Origin: Mobula birostris
Lineage: Eukaryota
Length of the DNA: 64,000 nucleotides
Assembly (NCBI RefSeq): GCF_030028105.1
Contig: NC_092389.1
Span: forward strand, 31,282,339 to 31,346,338
Direction of reading: 5' to 3'
In this document: piece by piece, positions 35,825 through 48,999 of the stretch
Position numbering within the stretch: position 1 is the stretch's first letter
How the letters are laid out: every line of letters begins with the position of its first letter
Made by a program: the position numbers and the translations under genes
Notes under the pieces: model-generated
What the model was told of the DNA's origin: nothing
What the model saw: only the letters and a program-made list of their open reading frames with translations
Databases searched by the model: none

Positions 35825-37835
35825 GAAAGCGGAGCTTAGGTTAATGGCGCCTAACGACGACTCCTTTGCTTGCATCTTCAAAAACAGCTCTATTTCCATC
35901 TTTAGTATTTCTATTTTTCTCTTTCAGGATTCTTTTGAAGACTCTGACCTGGAGTTACATGCTGACTACGGTTCTTTGCTGGAATGGAACCCGCTATCAG
36001 GGTTTCACAACCAGCCATTGTTGCTCAGCACGCCAAAGGCTCGGCCTCAGAATCCAGCCCGGATTTGGAAGCCTGGGATCTCGGGAAGTCTGGAGACAGG
36101 CAGGTTGAGACTCGGTGCCATGACAGGAGACCCGTGTGTCGTCGTGGGAGTCGGGATATCTGCGACTGTGCGCCAAGTGTTTTGAGCACAAAACTCTAAA
36201 AAAGTGACATAGCGGACTTTTAACATCGTAAACCAGCGAGTTGTTTGTTATGTCTCCCCACTCACTGGGAAAATGGAGACACCCCTTCCTCCCTTATTAG
36301 GGAGAGAGAGAGAACCTGTGCTATGAGAAATAGCGGGTGAAATGTGAAGTCTTTGGGGTAACTGCAAGTCTATGTGTTTGCTGTTGCTTTGCTCACGCTT
36401 CAGTGCTCTGTGGCAGTGCCAATGCTTTTTTTTTCTGGTGGGTGGAGGGGGAATTGTTGCTCACTGCCACTTACATGCGGGAGAGGGGAGCTGGGAGGGA
36501 CTTTGGGGTTCTAACATTTAAATGTTGTTTATTCTTTGGGGCACTCCTCTCTTTTCGTGGATGGTTGCAAAGAAAAAGCATTTCAGGATGTATATTGTAT
36601 ACACCTACGTCAGGATGCTGTTCATTGACTATAACTCAGCATTTAATACCATCATTCCCACAATCCTGATTGAGAAGTTGCAGAATTTGGGCCTCTGTAC
36701 CTCCCTCTGCAATTGGATTCTCGACTTCCTAACCGAAAGACCACAATCTGGGCAGATTAGTGATAACATATCCTCCTCGCTGACGATCAACACTGGCACA
36801 CCTCAGGGGTGTGTGCTTAGCCCACTGCTCTACTCTCTCTATACATACGACTGTGTGGCTAGGCATAGCTCAAATACCATCTATAAATTTGCTGATGATA
36901 CAACCATTGTTGGTAGAATCTCAGGTGGTGACGAGAGGGCGTACAGGAGTGAGATATGCCAACTAGTGGAATGGTGCCACAGCAACAACCTGGCACTCAA
37001 TTTCAATAGGATGAAAGAGTTGATTGTGGACTTCAGGAAGGGTAAGACGAAGGAACACATACCAATCCTCAGAGAGGGATCAGAAGTGGAGAGAGTGAGC
37101 AGTTTCAAGTTCCTGGGTGCCAAGATCTCTGAGGATCTAACCTGGTCCCAACATATCGATGTAGTTATTAAAGAAGGCAGGCCAGCGGCTATACTTTATT
37201 AGGAGTTTGAAGAGATTTGGCATGTCAACAAATACTCTCAAAAACTTCTGTAGTTGTACTGTAGAGAGCATTCTGACAAGCTGCATCACTGTCTGGTATG
37301 GAGGGGCTACTGCACAGGACCGAAAGAAGCTGCAGAAGGCTGTAAATCTAGTCAGCTCCATCTTGGGCACTATCCTACAAAGTACCCAGGACATCTTTAG
37401 GAAGCAGTGTCTCAGAAAGGCAGCGTCCATTATTAAGGACCTCCAGCACCCAGGGCATACTCCTTTCTCACTGTTACCATCAGGTAGGAGGTATAGAAGC
37501 CTGAAGGCACACACTCAGTGATTCAGGAACAGCTTCTTCCCCTCTGCCATCCGATTCCTAAGTGGACATTCAATCTTTGGACACTACCTCGCTTTTTAAA
37601 ATATACAGTATTTCTGTTTTTGCACATTTTTTAATCTATTCAATATATGCAATCAAATTACTTGATTATTTAATATTATTATTTTATTTATTTTTTCTCT
37701 CTGTTAGATTATGCATTGCATTGAAATGCTGCTGCTAAGTTAACAAATTTCACGTCACATGCCGATGATAATAAACCCGATTCTGATTCTGACATTTCTC
37801 TGACACTAAATTGTACCTTTGTACCTTTAATCTTT
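35825..37835 (+). mobile_element. Non-autonomous retroelement (35825-36600 plus 37792-37835) split by a Rex1 insertion
   Basis: CpG-rich 5' end (taatggcgcc). The tail tttcaggatgtatattgtatac|atttctctgacactaaattg is contiguous once the insert is removed; a similar tail occurs at about 55290-55350. Confidence 0.6.
36601..37791 (+). mobile_element. Rex1/Babar LINE, 5'-truncated RT
   Basis: [42 protein letters not shown] and LLPSGRRYRS, with a (gattct)n tail. Confidence 0.95.
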
Positions 37836-38149
37836 AGTCCACCCTAGCAGTTCGTCTCCATCAAAATGAATGCAGCAGCTGTCCCTGTGTGAGTCCAACC
37901 TGGCACAGTTTGCTTGTGTGGTTCCCACTGTAAGTGTAAATAGACTTAACTTTGCACTTTCACATTGGATGCTTAAGGCTAGAAGGCCAGAATTTAAATT
38001 CCACAGTCTGCAAGCAGGACTAGTTGACTGCAACTCCAGGATTTCACAGAAAAGCTGAAGCAGCAGGCAATCATGTTGTGAATTCTTGGAGATATGGGGC
38101 ACTTGCTGATGGAACCATGAAACCAAAGCAAAACCAATGAGGCACAGTC

Positions 38150-38242
38150 CTGCCAAAGTTTCCTCACCCGAAATGTCCAGTGTACTTTTTTCCAAACATG
38201 CTGCCTGGCCTGTTGAGTTCCTCCAGCATTTTGTGTGTGTTC
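38150..38242 (+). repeat. Penelope terminal-repeat fragment
   Basis: cccgaaatgtc..tgtac..atgctgcctggcctgttgagttcctccagcattttgtgtgtg. Confidence 0.7.
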
Positions 38243-38699
38243 CAATGAGACTGCTGTTCGTCTCGCTATTTGTATATAGAATCACGTTAGCATATCCTAA
38301 ACCTAAAACTCTAATAATCTGCCATCTAATGATTCAGAAATCTCAAAGGTTCTGCATCTAACTCACGGAAAATGCTTGAGAATGTGTTCCCTTTCCACTC
38401 ACCACTCCTCAGTTCCTACATTCTCTTTCAACTTAGTCAGTTTGCTGGAATTCTTCTTTTAATTGTCTGTAACATCTGAAAAACTGGCATTTAGTGTGTG
38501 AACCAGGATTAATTGAAATGACTTCCAATTGGACAGAAAATCTCCGAGTTCAGCATTACCAAAGTCCTGTGTGGGCGAGGATACCTCGCACGAGCATCAC
38601 TGCCTCACTAGTCAGCATCTCCTGATGTTCTTGCTCGTCCTTGTGGGTGGTTCTCCCACCACCCAATCACTGCTTACACTCACTTTCACACACAGACAT

Positions 38700-38702
<3 letters not shown>

Positions 38703-38732
<30 letters not shown>
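38703..38732. repeat. (CA)n microsatellite
   Basis: Visible directly in the sequence. Confidence 0.95.
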
Positions 38733-38733
<1 letters not shown>

Positions 38734-39719
38734 GACAAACATATACTGTACCATCTCACCATTTATTTTTTGAAAAAAAACATTTTATATGAGTCCATTT
38801 ACTCTGTCCAAAACATTTATTATGTTTGTTATCACCTCCTTGATTTTATTTGGTATGTAGGCCTGCTTGGGTTCATGACTTCATTCCATTCTATGTGAAC
38901 AGTTGGAGGAAATAATTATTATGAATATTTATTAAATGTATGCTCATCCTGAAGTCATTTGCATCTTTTACAGTTCTCATCTGATTGCACTCTTACTGAG
39001 GTGAAGGAGTTCTTTTTTATTGATGTTATAGAGGATTGCTTATCCTCTACAGCTAAGTTTTCCCACCATGGTTACAAGAAGAAACTAGCAGTTTCAGTTG
39101 TTGTGAGTTCACAGTAAGAGATTGCATGATTTAATAAATCTACTCTCACGTGAGCGGGCACCAAGGTTAGTGGTCATGAAAACTGTTGGATTGTCATAAA
39201 AATCCAATGGTTTCAAACGTGTCTGATTAGGTAGGACTTGACATTTCCCTTTTAACCTACATTTTGACATCAAATACAATCTCCTTCCCTTATAATACAT
39301 TTCTGCGAGTTATTTTACTCACATCACTGAAGATTTAACGGATAATGTTTTTCTGGGTTAGCTCTATTTTATATTCCCTTTCAATCCTTCTAATGAACAC
39401 CTTCACTGCCAATTCCACTGGCTTTTCTTTGATATGCTTCGGTTTTTCTGACCAACGCTTCATAGTGTGTCTGCATTCTACCCAAATATTTAGTTTGTTC
39501 CATTTAGCCATTAAGCTCAAGAGTATAATTCAGTCCTTTTGGTTAAGAGATGTTTTAGTGTATTTATCCTTTCAAAAGTCGTGTATTAACATGTTTATTC
39601 CCTTAACCTGCCTCTGTGGTTAAGCTTGGTTGTCCTGCTCTCTCATCTCTCTTGTGCTGTGTAAAATTTTACTTGATCACGCTTGAGTGGAGTGCCATAT
39701 AAAATATAAAAATATAAAA

Positions 39720-41490
39720 AATTTGAATTAGAAGGCCATTCCACTCATGGCCATTCTTATCCTTCAGCACCTCTTGCCTGCGCTAAACCCATTACATTTT
39801 ATTTGCAGAATATTGAAAAACCTACCTGTTCCTTTCTTAAATGTTCTCAGTACTGACTCTCCACTGCCCTTTTAGGTAAAATATTCCATAGATCCACCAA
39901 TTTCTATTCTGAAGTTAACATCCTGCCTTCAAAATCTAACCTCTAGTTCTAAGCCTCCCAGCCAGGAGAAGAATTGAATTCACATCTACCCTGTCAAGCT
40001 TCTTCAGAATTTGTAGTTCAATGAGAATAGTACCCAATTTTCCAACCTCTTGGACATAGTTTAGTCTCTTCTCATGGACAATCTTCTTCTTCAAGGAATC
40101 AAACTGATGAGCCTTTGTTGCTTGCTCTCTTGTGCAAGTACATCCACCCTCAGGTAGACCTGAATGGCATATTCTCACCAGGGCTCAATGTAATTGCAGC
40201 AAAATACTTTACAATTGCATACAAATCCTTCTTCAGAGAAGAACAACATATCATCTGTTTTCCTAATTGCTTGCTGTCTCTGAATGTTAACTTCAAGTGA
40301 TTTGTGTACAATGACACAAACACGAGGAAATCTGCAGATGTTGGAAATTCAAGCGACACACACAAAAAATGCTGGTGAACGCAGCAGGCCAGGCAGCATC
40401 TATAGGAACAGGTACGGTTGACGTTTCGGGCCGAGACCCTTTGTCAAGACTAACTGAAAGAAGAGATAGTAAGAAGAAGAGATAGAAGAGATAGTTACTA
40501 TCTCTTCGTTCAGTTAGTCCTGACAAAAGGTCTCAGCCCGCAATGTCAACTGTACCTCTTCCTAGAGATGCTGCCTGGCCTGCTGTGTTCACCAGCATTT
40601 TATATGTGTGTTGCTTGTATATAATGACACTTAGATCTCACTGAAAAGTGTTCAGCCTTTAACTATTTAAATAATACTCGACCTTTCTATGTTCTCTACA
40701 ATGTGGATGGGCTTCTTTTCACCACAATGTATCATATTTACCATATATTTTCCCGTTTGCTGAAATTCACTTATATCTCCTGCTTCCTTCACTGACTGCC
40801 ATCTGGGCTTGCACCATCAACAAACTTGGAGATATCACACTTAGCCTCTTTAACTAATCATTGATAAACATTGTGAGCAGCTGAGGCCCGAGATAGATCT
40901 TTGCAGCACCCTACCTCTGAACTCCAAAATGTAGCATTTAATCCAACAGTCTATTTTCTATGTCCTTTCACCAGTCTTTGTTCCTCTGGAGTATTCTGAT
41001 CTCCTGTGGCGTAATTTTGTTAGTATTAAAGGTTCGCTGAAGTTTTATCCATTCATTCACCCATATCTATTTAGCTACGTACAAGCTGAAAAATCTTTAA
41101 CAAAGATGTTCAAAGTGATTTCTCTTTCATAACTTTCTGTTCACTCTGCCCCATTCTATTAATGTTTTCTAAGTGCCTTGTTAGCACTTTATTAATAACT
41201 GATTCTTGTGTTTTCCTTCAGCAGATTTCAGGCTAATTTGCCTATAGCTCTTTGGTTTCACTCTCCCCTTTATCGTGCAACTTTAATTACAGCTTTCTAA
41301 GGTCTGGGAAATGTTCTTGAGTGTCTGGAATTCTGGAAGGTGACAATGAATGCAACCACTATCTCCATCGCCACCTTATTCAGAACGTCAAGGTCACCAG
41401 ATCCTGTGATTTTGAAAATCTGTTTCATTAATTTGTCATCCGCACCAACTCCTGATTTTCTCAATGTGTGTATAGATTAAGGTCCCCCAT
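39720..41490 (-). mobile_element. Old CR1 LINE
   Basis: Minus-strand remnants ILKKLDRVD...RLRTRG, FVDGA.L and YRQISL.S. Confidence 0.65.
40318..40615. mobile_element. Palindromic element made of two inverted Penelope terminal repeats
   Basis: About 40350-40472 is the reverse complement of about 40496-40617. The 15-bp TSD is tgtgtacaatgacac / tgtatataatgacac. Confidence 0.85.
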
Positions 41491-41494
41491 GACC

Positions 41495-41903
41495 TTAGAA
41501 GAATGAGAGGGGATCTTATAGAAACATATAAAATTATGAAAGGAATAGATAAGATAGAGGCAGGAAAGTCGTTTCCAATGGTAGGTGGACCAGAACTAGG
41601 GGACATAGCCCCAAGATTCTGGGGAGTAGAGTTAGGATGGAGATGAGGAGGAACTGCTTCTCCCAGAGAGTGGCGAATCGGTGGAATTCTCTACCCAATG
41701 AAGCAGTGGAGGCTACCTCAGTAGATATATTTAAGACAAGGTTGGATAGATTTTTGCATAGTAGAGGAATTAAGGGTTATGGGGAAAAGGCAGGTAGGTG
41801 GAGATGAGTCCATGGCCAGATCAGCCATGATCTTCTTGAATGGCGGAGCAGACTTGACAGGCCAGATGGCCGACTCCTGCTCCTATTTCTTAAGTTCTTA
41901 TGA
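41495..41903 (+). mobile_element. CR1 3' end
   Basis: RRMRGDLIETYKIMKGIDKI and SQRVANRWNSLP, with tail cctatttcttaagttcttatg. Confidence 0.9.
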
Positions 41904-43847
41904 TTACTGTGTTACTGTAGTAAAATGACCTCTTATTTTGTGATTTATGCTATGTACTTTATTACAACCCTACAATCACACACCGATGTTTCTGGCCCTT
42001 GCTGTTTCCTATTTTCACTGGAAAGCATGATAATAAGCAAATATCCACAAATTCTGATCAAGATGACGCTCATCTGTGGTCTCCGAGTCCTCATTCATCG
42101 TCATTGATGAGCCCTGGATCAATACCGAAGACTGAAGCCTGAAGCTTGGTGTTGAGGCCTGAAGGCCAAAGCCCTGGGTCAGCATGTCTGCAAGTCGAAG
42201 GCCCAATGGACTCGCGAGGCCCTGAGTGCATTGGATGCTGGAGGCTCAGGATGGCCTGTCGTGGGTTTGGAGGAATGCGTGCGTGTGTTTGATAACACTT
42301 GTGAGCACCTCGTTGGGCTGTGTTGGTTATTAACAAAAACGTGTGTGATAAACAAATGAATCTGAATCTGAATCCAAATCTGAAAGCAATTCAACTTTGT
42401 GATCTTCCAGACTATGTTCCTTCTTTCCACTGTCTTTGCCCCATTCGTTATAGCTATAAGATCACTTTCATTCAGTTTTATGTTTGCCATTAATTCATTT
42501 ATTTTGTTTGAATGTTGTGTGCATTCAAATAGAGAGCCTTCAGGTTAGCACAGTTTGAGCTTGTAGGCTTTGGGGATGCATTTGTCATCTTTACTTAAGA
42601 TCGCAGCATTAAAACATTCCATTTCTCTCACACTGAAGTGTTGTTGAACAAGCCCCCACAACATTTTCACAAACAATTTAAAAGGTTGTTTGGTTTTAGT
42701 TTGCAGTGCTGAGGCAGTTTACACGCTATTCTTTCAAAAAGGCTTTGGACCTATTTTTTAGTGTTGCATTAATTTCCAGTCCCTATGAGTGGCAGGTCCT
42801 GGAGGGGATTGAAAATGATACCCAGTGTTTGGGTGCTAATGCCTGAAGATTTGCTGTTGGTTAGATTATGTTCATTGGAGGGGAATATCATTGAGGATGT
42901 TAAACTAATTAGTTTCTGTCAAGTTATAAATTTATTTGAGGTGGATAAGGAAGCCTGGATTGAAGGTATGAATACATAGAGAACAGGCAAAGAAGCGGGC
43001 TGGCAGGAGCTATATGTTTGCAGAGAGAGTCATCACACTCTGCAACAGATCATCCACAAGCCTGACAAGTCGTGTCCCTGAAGCTTTTCAGCCAGGATAG
43101 GGATGGATTTTCAAGCAACAGGAATATTTCACATCCTCAAAGGCAGATTGTAGTAGGTTTAGAAATCAGGAAACTCCAAGCTGTTTTCCTAAGTTGTTTT
43201 CAGTTATCACTGTGGAACTATGGCAGCTAGTGACCACCGCCCTTTCAGAACATTAGCCCATAATTATATAAAACCACATCCAGAGCCATTGCCATCAGCT
43301 GAAGTGGCCTGGAATTGATGGAGACCATTCATTGCTAGTGGTTTTTACTAGAATTTAGAGATTGGAAACAAGTCAAGGGTAAGCAGTGATGTGAGTGAGT
43401 TCCCTGATTTCACTTTTGACCCTGAATAGTTTAAATAAAGAAGATGGGTGAGTTACTCCCTAGGATGCCACCAGGAACCATTCTAAAGCAATATAGATCA
43501 GAACAATAAATAACTTGCTGGTCACCACTACCACTCCCAGTATAGGAAGACAGTTAGGAAGAACGTTGGAGGACGCTCTATCATGGTCAAGGTGAATAAA
43601 CCCATCAACAAGTCTCTCACACACTGCTCCACACAGTACCAATGAGGCAACCACCTTTTGTACTCTGGACTTCTAGCCATTCCCCATGATTCATCAAACA
43701 CTCACACACTTTGCTCTACACTAGTACTCACAGCCACATCCCAAGGGTTACCCATGCTCCCGTCTATACAACTGCAACCAGCTCAGCACCTTGAGTGTGC
43801 TTCAACACATTCCGTAAGACACCTCCTACTCCATGGAAGCCAGCCAG

Positions 43848-44030
43848 AGGTGTAGTGGCATCAGCACCGGGCTTTGAGGTGAGTGGTGTTGAGTTCTCAT
43901 CTGGCCGGCCCCTTCCATCTGTGCTGTGTTGAGCATTGAGCATCATGAAAAAACAGTCAAAATGCTACAGAAATGGCAAAAATGCTGCCCAATGTGCATG
44001 AAAAGGAACAACAACAACTACATTGAAGAA
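43848..44030 (+). mobile_element. Short SINE with tRNA-like head and (CAA)n tail
   Basis: gtgtagtggcatcagcaccgggctttgagg...gagttc head and aacaacaacaac tail. Confidence 0.5.
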
Positions 44031-44045
44031 TTGGCACCTATAGGC

Positions 44046-46164
44046 CAGAAGCACCAGTAGTGAGGACCAAGAAGGTATGGACCAGGGAAGCACAGGAGCG
44101 CCTACAGGACTGCTTTGAATCGGTGGACTGGACTGTATTCAGGGATTCATCTTCGAACTTGGATGAGTATACTACAGTTAATATCGACTTCATTAAAGCC
44201 TGTGTGGATGTGTGTGTGCCTACAAAGACTTACCAAAAGCCATGGATGAGCCAGGAGGTATGTTGTCTGCTGAAGTCTAGATCTGTGGCATTCAAGTCTG
44301 GCGACCCAGGTCTGTACCAGAAAACTGGGTATGATTTGCAGCGGGCTACTTCAAGGGCGAAGAGACAATTTCGAACAAGGTTGGAGGCCTCATCGGATGT
44401 ACAACAACTCTGGCAGGATTTGCAAGACATCACTGCCTGCAAAGTGAAACCCAATAGCATGAATGGCAGCAATGCTTCACTACCAGATGAACTCAATACC
44501 TTCTATGCCCACTTTGAAAGGGAGAACACAACTACAGCTCTGAAGATCCCTGCTACACCTGATGACCCTGTGATCTCTGTTTCAGAGGCCGATATTAGGC
44601 TGTCTTTAAAGAGAGTGAACCTTCACAAGGCAAAAGGTCTTGATGGAGTACCAGGTAAGGCTCTGAAAATCTGTGCCAACCAACTGGTGGGAGTATTCAA
44701 GGATATTTTCAACCTCTTACTGCTAAGGGTGGAAGTTCCCATTTGCTTCAAAAAAACAACAATTATACCAGTGCCTAAGAAGAATAATGTGAGCTGCCTT
44801 AATGACTATCACCCGGTAGCACTCACATCGACAGTGATGAAATGCTTTGAGAGGTCGGTCATGACTAGACTGAACTCCTGCCTCAGCAAGGACCTGGACC
44901 CATTGCAATTTGCCTATCACCACAAATGATCAATGGCAAATGCAATTTCAATGGCTCTTCACCTGGCTTTAGACCACCAGGACAATACAAACACCTATGT
45001 AAGATGCTGTTTATCGAATATAGCTCAGTATTTAATGCCATCATTCCCACACTGCTGATTGAGAAGTTACAGAACCTGGGCCTCTGCACCTCCCTCTGAA
45101 ATTGGATCCTCGACTTCCTAACCGGATGACCACAATCTGTGCGCATTGGTGATAACATCTCCTCCTCGCTGACGATCAACACTGGTGCACCTCAGGGATG
45201 TGTGCTTAGCCCACTGCTCTACTCTCTGTATACACATGACTGTGTGGTCAAATACCACCTATAAATTTGCTGACGATACAATCACTGTTGATAGAATCTC
45301 AGGTGGTGACGAGAAGGCGTACAGGAGTGAGATATGCCAACTAGTGGAGTGGTGCCGCAGCAACAACCTGGCACTCAACGTCAGTAAGACAAAAGAGCTG
45401 ATTGTGGACTTCAGGAATGGTAAGACGAAGGAGCAAATACCAATCCTCATAGAGGGATCTGAAGTGGAGAGAGTGAGCAGTTTCAAGTTCCTGTGTGTCA
45501 AGATCTCTGAGGATCTAACCTGGCCCCAACATATCGATGCAGTTATAAAAAACTTAAGACAGAGACTATACTTCATTAGGAGTTTGAAGAGATTTGGCAT
45601 GTCAACAAATACACTCAAAAACTTCTATAGTTGTACCGTGGAGAGCATTCTAACAGGCTACATCACTGTCTGGTATGGAGGGGCTACTGCACAGGACCGA
45701 AAGAAGCTGCAGAGGATTGTAACTTTAGTCGGCTCCATCTTGGGTACAAAGTACCTAGGACATCTTCAGGGAGCGGTGTCTCAGAAAGGTAGTGTCCATT
45801 ATTAAGGACATTTAGCACCCAGGGCATGCCCTTTTCTCACTGTTACTATCAGGTAGGAGGTACAGAAGCCTGAAGGCACACACTCAGCGATTCAGGAACA
45901 GCTTCTTCCCCTCTGCCATCGGATTCCAAAATGAACGTTGACCCCTTGAACACTACCTCACTTTTTAAATATATATTATTTCCGTTTTTCGCACGATTTA
46001 AAATCTATTCAATATATGTATACAGTAATTGATTGATTTATTTATTTATTATTGTTTTTTTTCTTCTATATTATGTATTGCTTTGAACTGCTGCTTCTGC
46101 TGAGTTAACAAATTTCACGTCACATATCAGTGATAATCAACCTGATCAATCAGATTCTGATTCT
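44046..46164 (+). mobile_element. Rex1/Babar LINE ORF2, 5'-truncated and disrupted
   Basis: [44 protein letters not shown] and KFADD, with a (gattct)n tail. gaagca occurs at both ends. Confidence 0.95.
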
Positions 46165-46479
46165 GAAGCAATGTTTACCAGAAGGAGGCAAGGCCAAGTT
46201 CACCAGCTCTGCCACTGGGAATGCAGACTGGTGGACATTTTCTAAGCATCTCCAACAAACTCTGCATCAAAGGTGGTGTAGAGTTGCTCTTATCCATCCT
46301 CCTTAAATCTCACAATCCCTTGAGGCTTACAAGTTGCAAATAGTTCAAGCACTTCACCAGGACCACAGCCTTAGGCATTCTGCATTTAGATTGCCAAGGA
46401 CTCCCAGCTGCTCGCTTCAAACTGTTGGGTCATAAGGGCCTGAAGAGAAGACTGTTCTCTTAATGCAAAGCTTAGGTCA

Positions 46480-46815
46480 TGGTCATAGTGTTTTGCAGCA
46501 AGGAAGCAATCCTTTTCACCCATTGAGTCCACTCTGACCATCGAACATTAATTCTACACTCATTTTATTCTCTCCTTTTGCCCCCTGACCCACTCCAGCC
46601 TCAGATTCTAACAATCATCTGCACACTATTGGCAATTAATTTACAACATCCAATTAGCCTACCAACCCACATATATATGGGATGTGGGAGAAAATCAGAG
46701 TATCTGTGGGAAACTTATTTGCTCACAGGGACAACGTGCAGACTCCACACAGAAAGCATATGATTCAACCTGGGTCACTGAAGCTGTGAGGCAGAAATTC
46801 TCATTGCTGTGCCAA
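46480..46815 (-). mobile_element. V-SINE/HE1-like SINE
   Basis: ggatgtgggagaaaatcagagtatctgtgggaaac..acagggacaacgtgcagactccacacaga..gctgtgaggcag is the reverse of the SINE core and head. Confidence 0.7.
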
Positions 46816-47250
46816 TGAGATCCCCGAGCTTTGGCAGGTCAGAGGGTAACTGCAGTTCAGATGCCAGATCCCCCAGGGTGTGATCCTGCCTGGAGGCAAG
46901 GGTAACACTGAAGTTCAAGAGATAGACCAAAGCTCACAATAATCTCATGATTCAAGTGAGAAGCAGGACGCACATGGTCAGGTGTCGAAGGTGTAAAGGA
47001 AAGTAGGATGGGCAGTATGGAGAACATAAGCATAAAAAAGCAGTTAACTTAAAGGGGAACCCAAAAGTCTGCAAACAGTTTGTGGATAGTAAGTGAATAA
47101 GAAGAAAATGGATGAGGCTGATCAGGAAGAAGTGGATAATTTCTCCACAAGAAGGGTGTGTGTGGATGGGTGCATGGTTCTTGCAGTACGTAGCAGATCT
47201 CAATACTTCCTTTTGTTCCTGAATCAGATTCAAATTTCTTATCACTGACA

Positions 47251-47741
47251 TACACTCAGTGGCCACTTTATTCACTCATTAATGCAAATATCTATTCAGC
47301 CAATCATGTGGCAATTCAATGCACAAAAGCATGCAGACATAGTCAAGAGGTTCTGTTGTTATTCAGAACAAACATCAGAACTGGGAAGAAAGGTGACCTA
47401 AGTGACTTTGACCATGAAATGATTGTTGGTGCGAGATGGGGTGGTTTGAGTACCTCAAACTGCTGGTTTTTTTCACATACAACAGTCTCTAGAGTTTACA
47501 GAGAATGGTACAAAAAACAAAAAAACATCAAGTGAGCGGTTGTTCTGTGGGAGAAAATGCCTTGTTAATGAGAGAGGTCAGAGGAGAAGGGCCAGACTGG
47601 TTCAAGCTGACAGTATCTCTGAATGCACAACATGTTGAACCTTGAAGCGAATGGGCTACAGCAGCAGAATACTATGAACATACACTCAGTGTCCACTTTA
47701 TTAGGTACAAGAGGTACCTAATAAACTGGCCACTGAGTGTA
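47251..47741 (+). mobile_element. Deleted Tc1-like transposon; related minus-strand copy at about 53510-53846
   Basis: TIRs tacactcagtggccactttatt / aataaactggccactgagtgta. Transposase N-terminus GKKGDLSDFDHEMIVGARWGGLS..FSHTTVSRVYREW. Confidence 0.88.
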
Positions 47742-48261
47742 TGTTGGTATGTTGTGAAATTTGCTCTTATGAGTCAATGGGCTAAAGGGCTTGTTTCCTT
47801 GCTGAAGCACAGGAATACAAGTATTTCTGGCTGGCCTTTCTATCTGGAGTTGTAGGTCCTTCCACTGACAGGCACAATGGTACTGGTTTATTTGGTGACT
47901 GTTTATTGCAGCAAAGATCAGGTTTCCAGTGTGTGGCTCATTCCGTGAGTCCAGTGGATGGGTTTGTCAATAATTTAGCCATCCTGCATCAAAGCAGTAT
48001 GGCACATGGATCTAAGTAACTGACTGCCTCTTTCAAAAAACCCACATGCTCAAGACTCTGGTCTTTAACAAGGTGCTACAATGCAGCATTGGTGTAAAAG
48101 TAATTGAACTTCTCAGAAAATCATAATAAGCTGCATGATAAATAATGGGGTTACATAATGTTTGACACTGTCTGAGAGTAGGAATGTGCCATACCATGCC
48201 CTTAGGGCTTTTTGAAGTGAAAGCTCGGTGACTACCTTTGATGATGCATCTCTCTTCCCAT

Positions 48262-48808
48262 TAGGTTTTCCAACTTTCTCACTCTCAAATAAGGGACAAA
48301 AGTAGCAGTCAAATACGAGACACTTGTGTTTACCCTGAGAAAGACTACTATGACCATGAAGCCTTGCGCGGGCACCTGTGTGCGCATGCGTGACGTGCGT
48401 ATATGTGACATGCACATATGTGTACGTGCTGATTTTTTCTACAAATCAGTGTTGACTTAATCTTTCTGATTCTGATACACTGTACATACATTATTTCTAC
48501 TTTATATAGGCTGTGTATTTATCATAGCATTCCTGCTTTTACTATATGTTAGTGCTATTTTAGGTTTTATGTGTTATTTGGTATGATTTGTTAGGTTATT
48601 TTTTGGGTCTGGGAATGCTCAAAAATTTTTCCCATGTAAATTAATGGTAATTGCTTCTGCGCTTTACGCCATTTCGGCTTACGAACTTTCATAGGAACAC
48701 TTTACCTTAGCGGAGGAAATACGGGACAAGGGCGGTCCCGTATGGGACAAACCAATTTAGCCCAATATACGGGATGTCCCAGCTAATATGGGACAGTTGG
48801 CAACCCTA
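48262..48808. mobile_element. hAT-type MITE
   Basis: TIRs taggttttccaact / agttggcaacccta, a perfect 8-bp TSD cttcccat (48254-48261 and 48809-48816), and subterminal gggaca repeats. Confidence 0.9.
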
Positions 48809-48999
48809 CTTCCCATCCTGTTAGTAGACAGACATGTGAAGGTTGAATCTGACTCATTTCGGTAAAGAGTGACAGAAGCGTTTATCCTTCTCTGAATTTG
48901 TAATGTACTGAAGCAGGTCCCATTTCTGTCCAGAAGTCCTTACTAAAATGGTTGCAAGCAGAACGAATCTGAGTTTGATCTAATTTCCCTCTCCCCATA

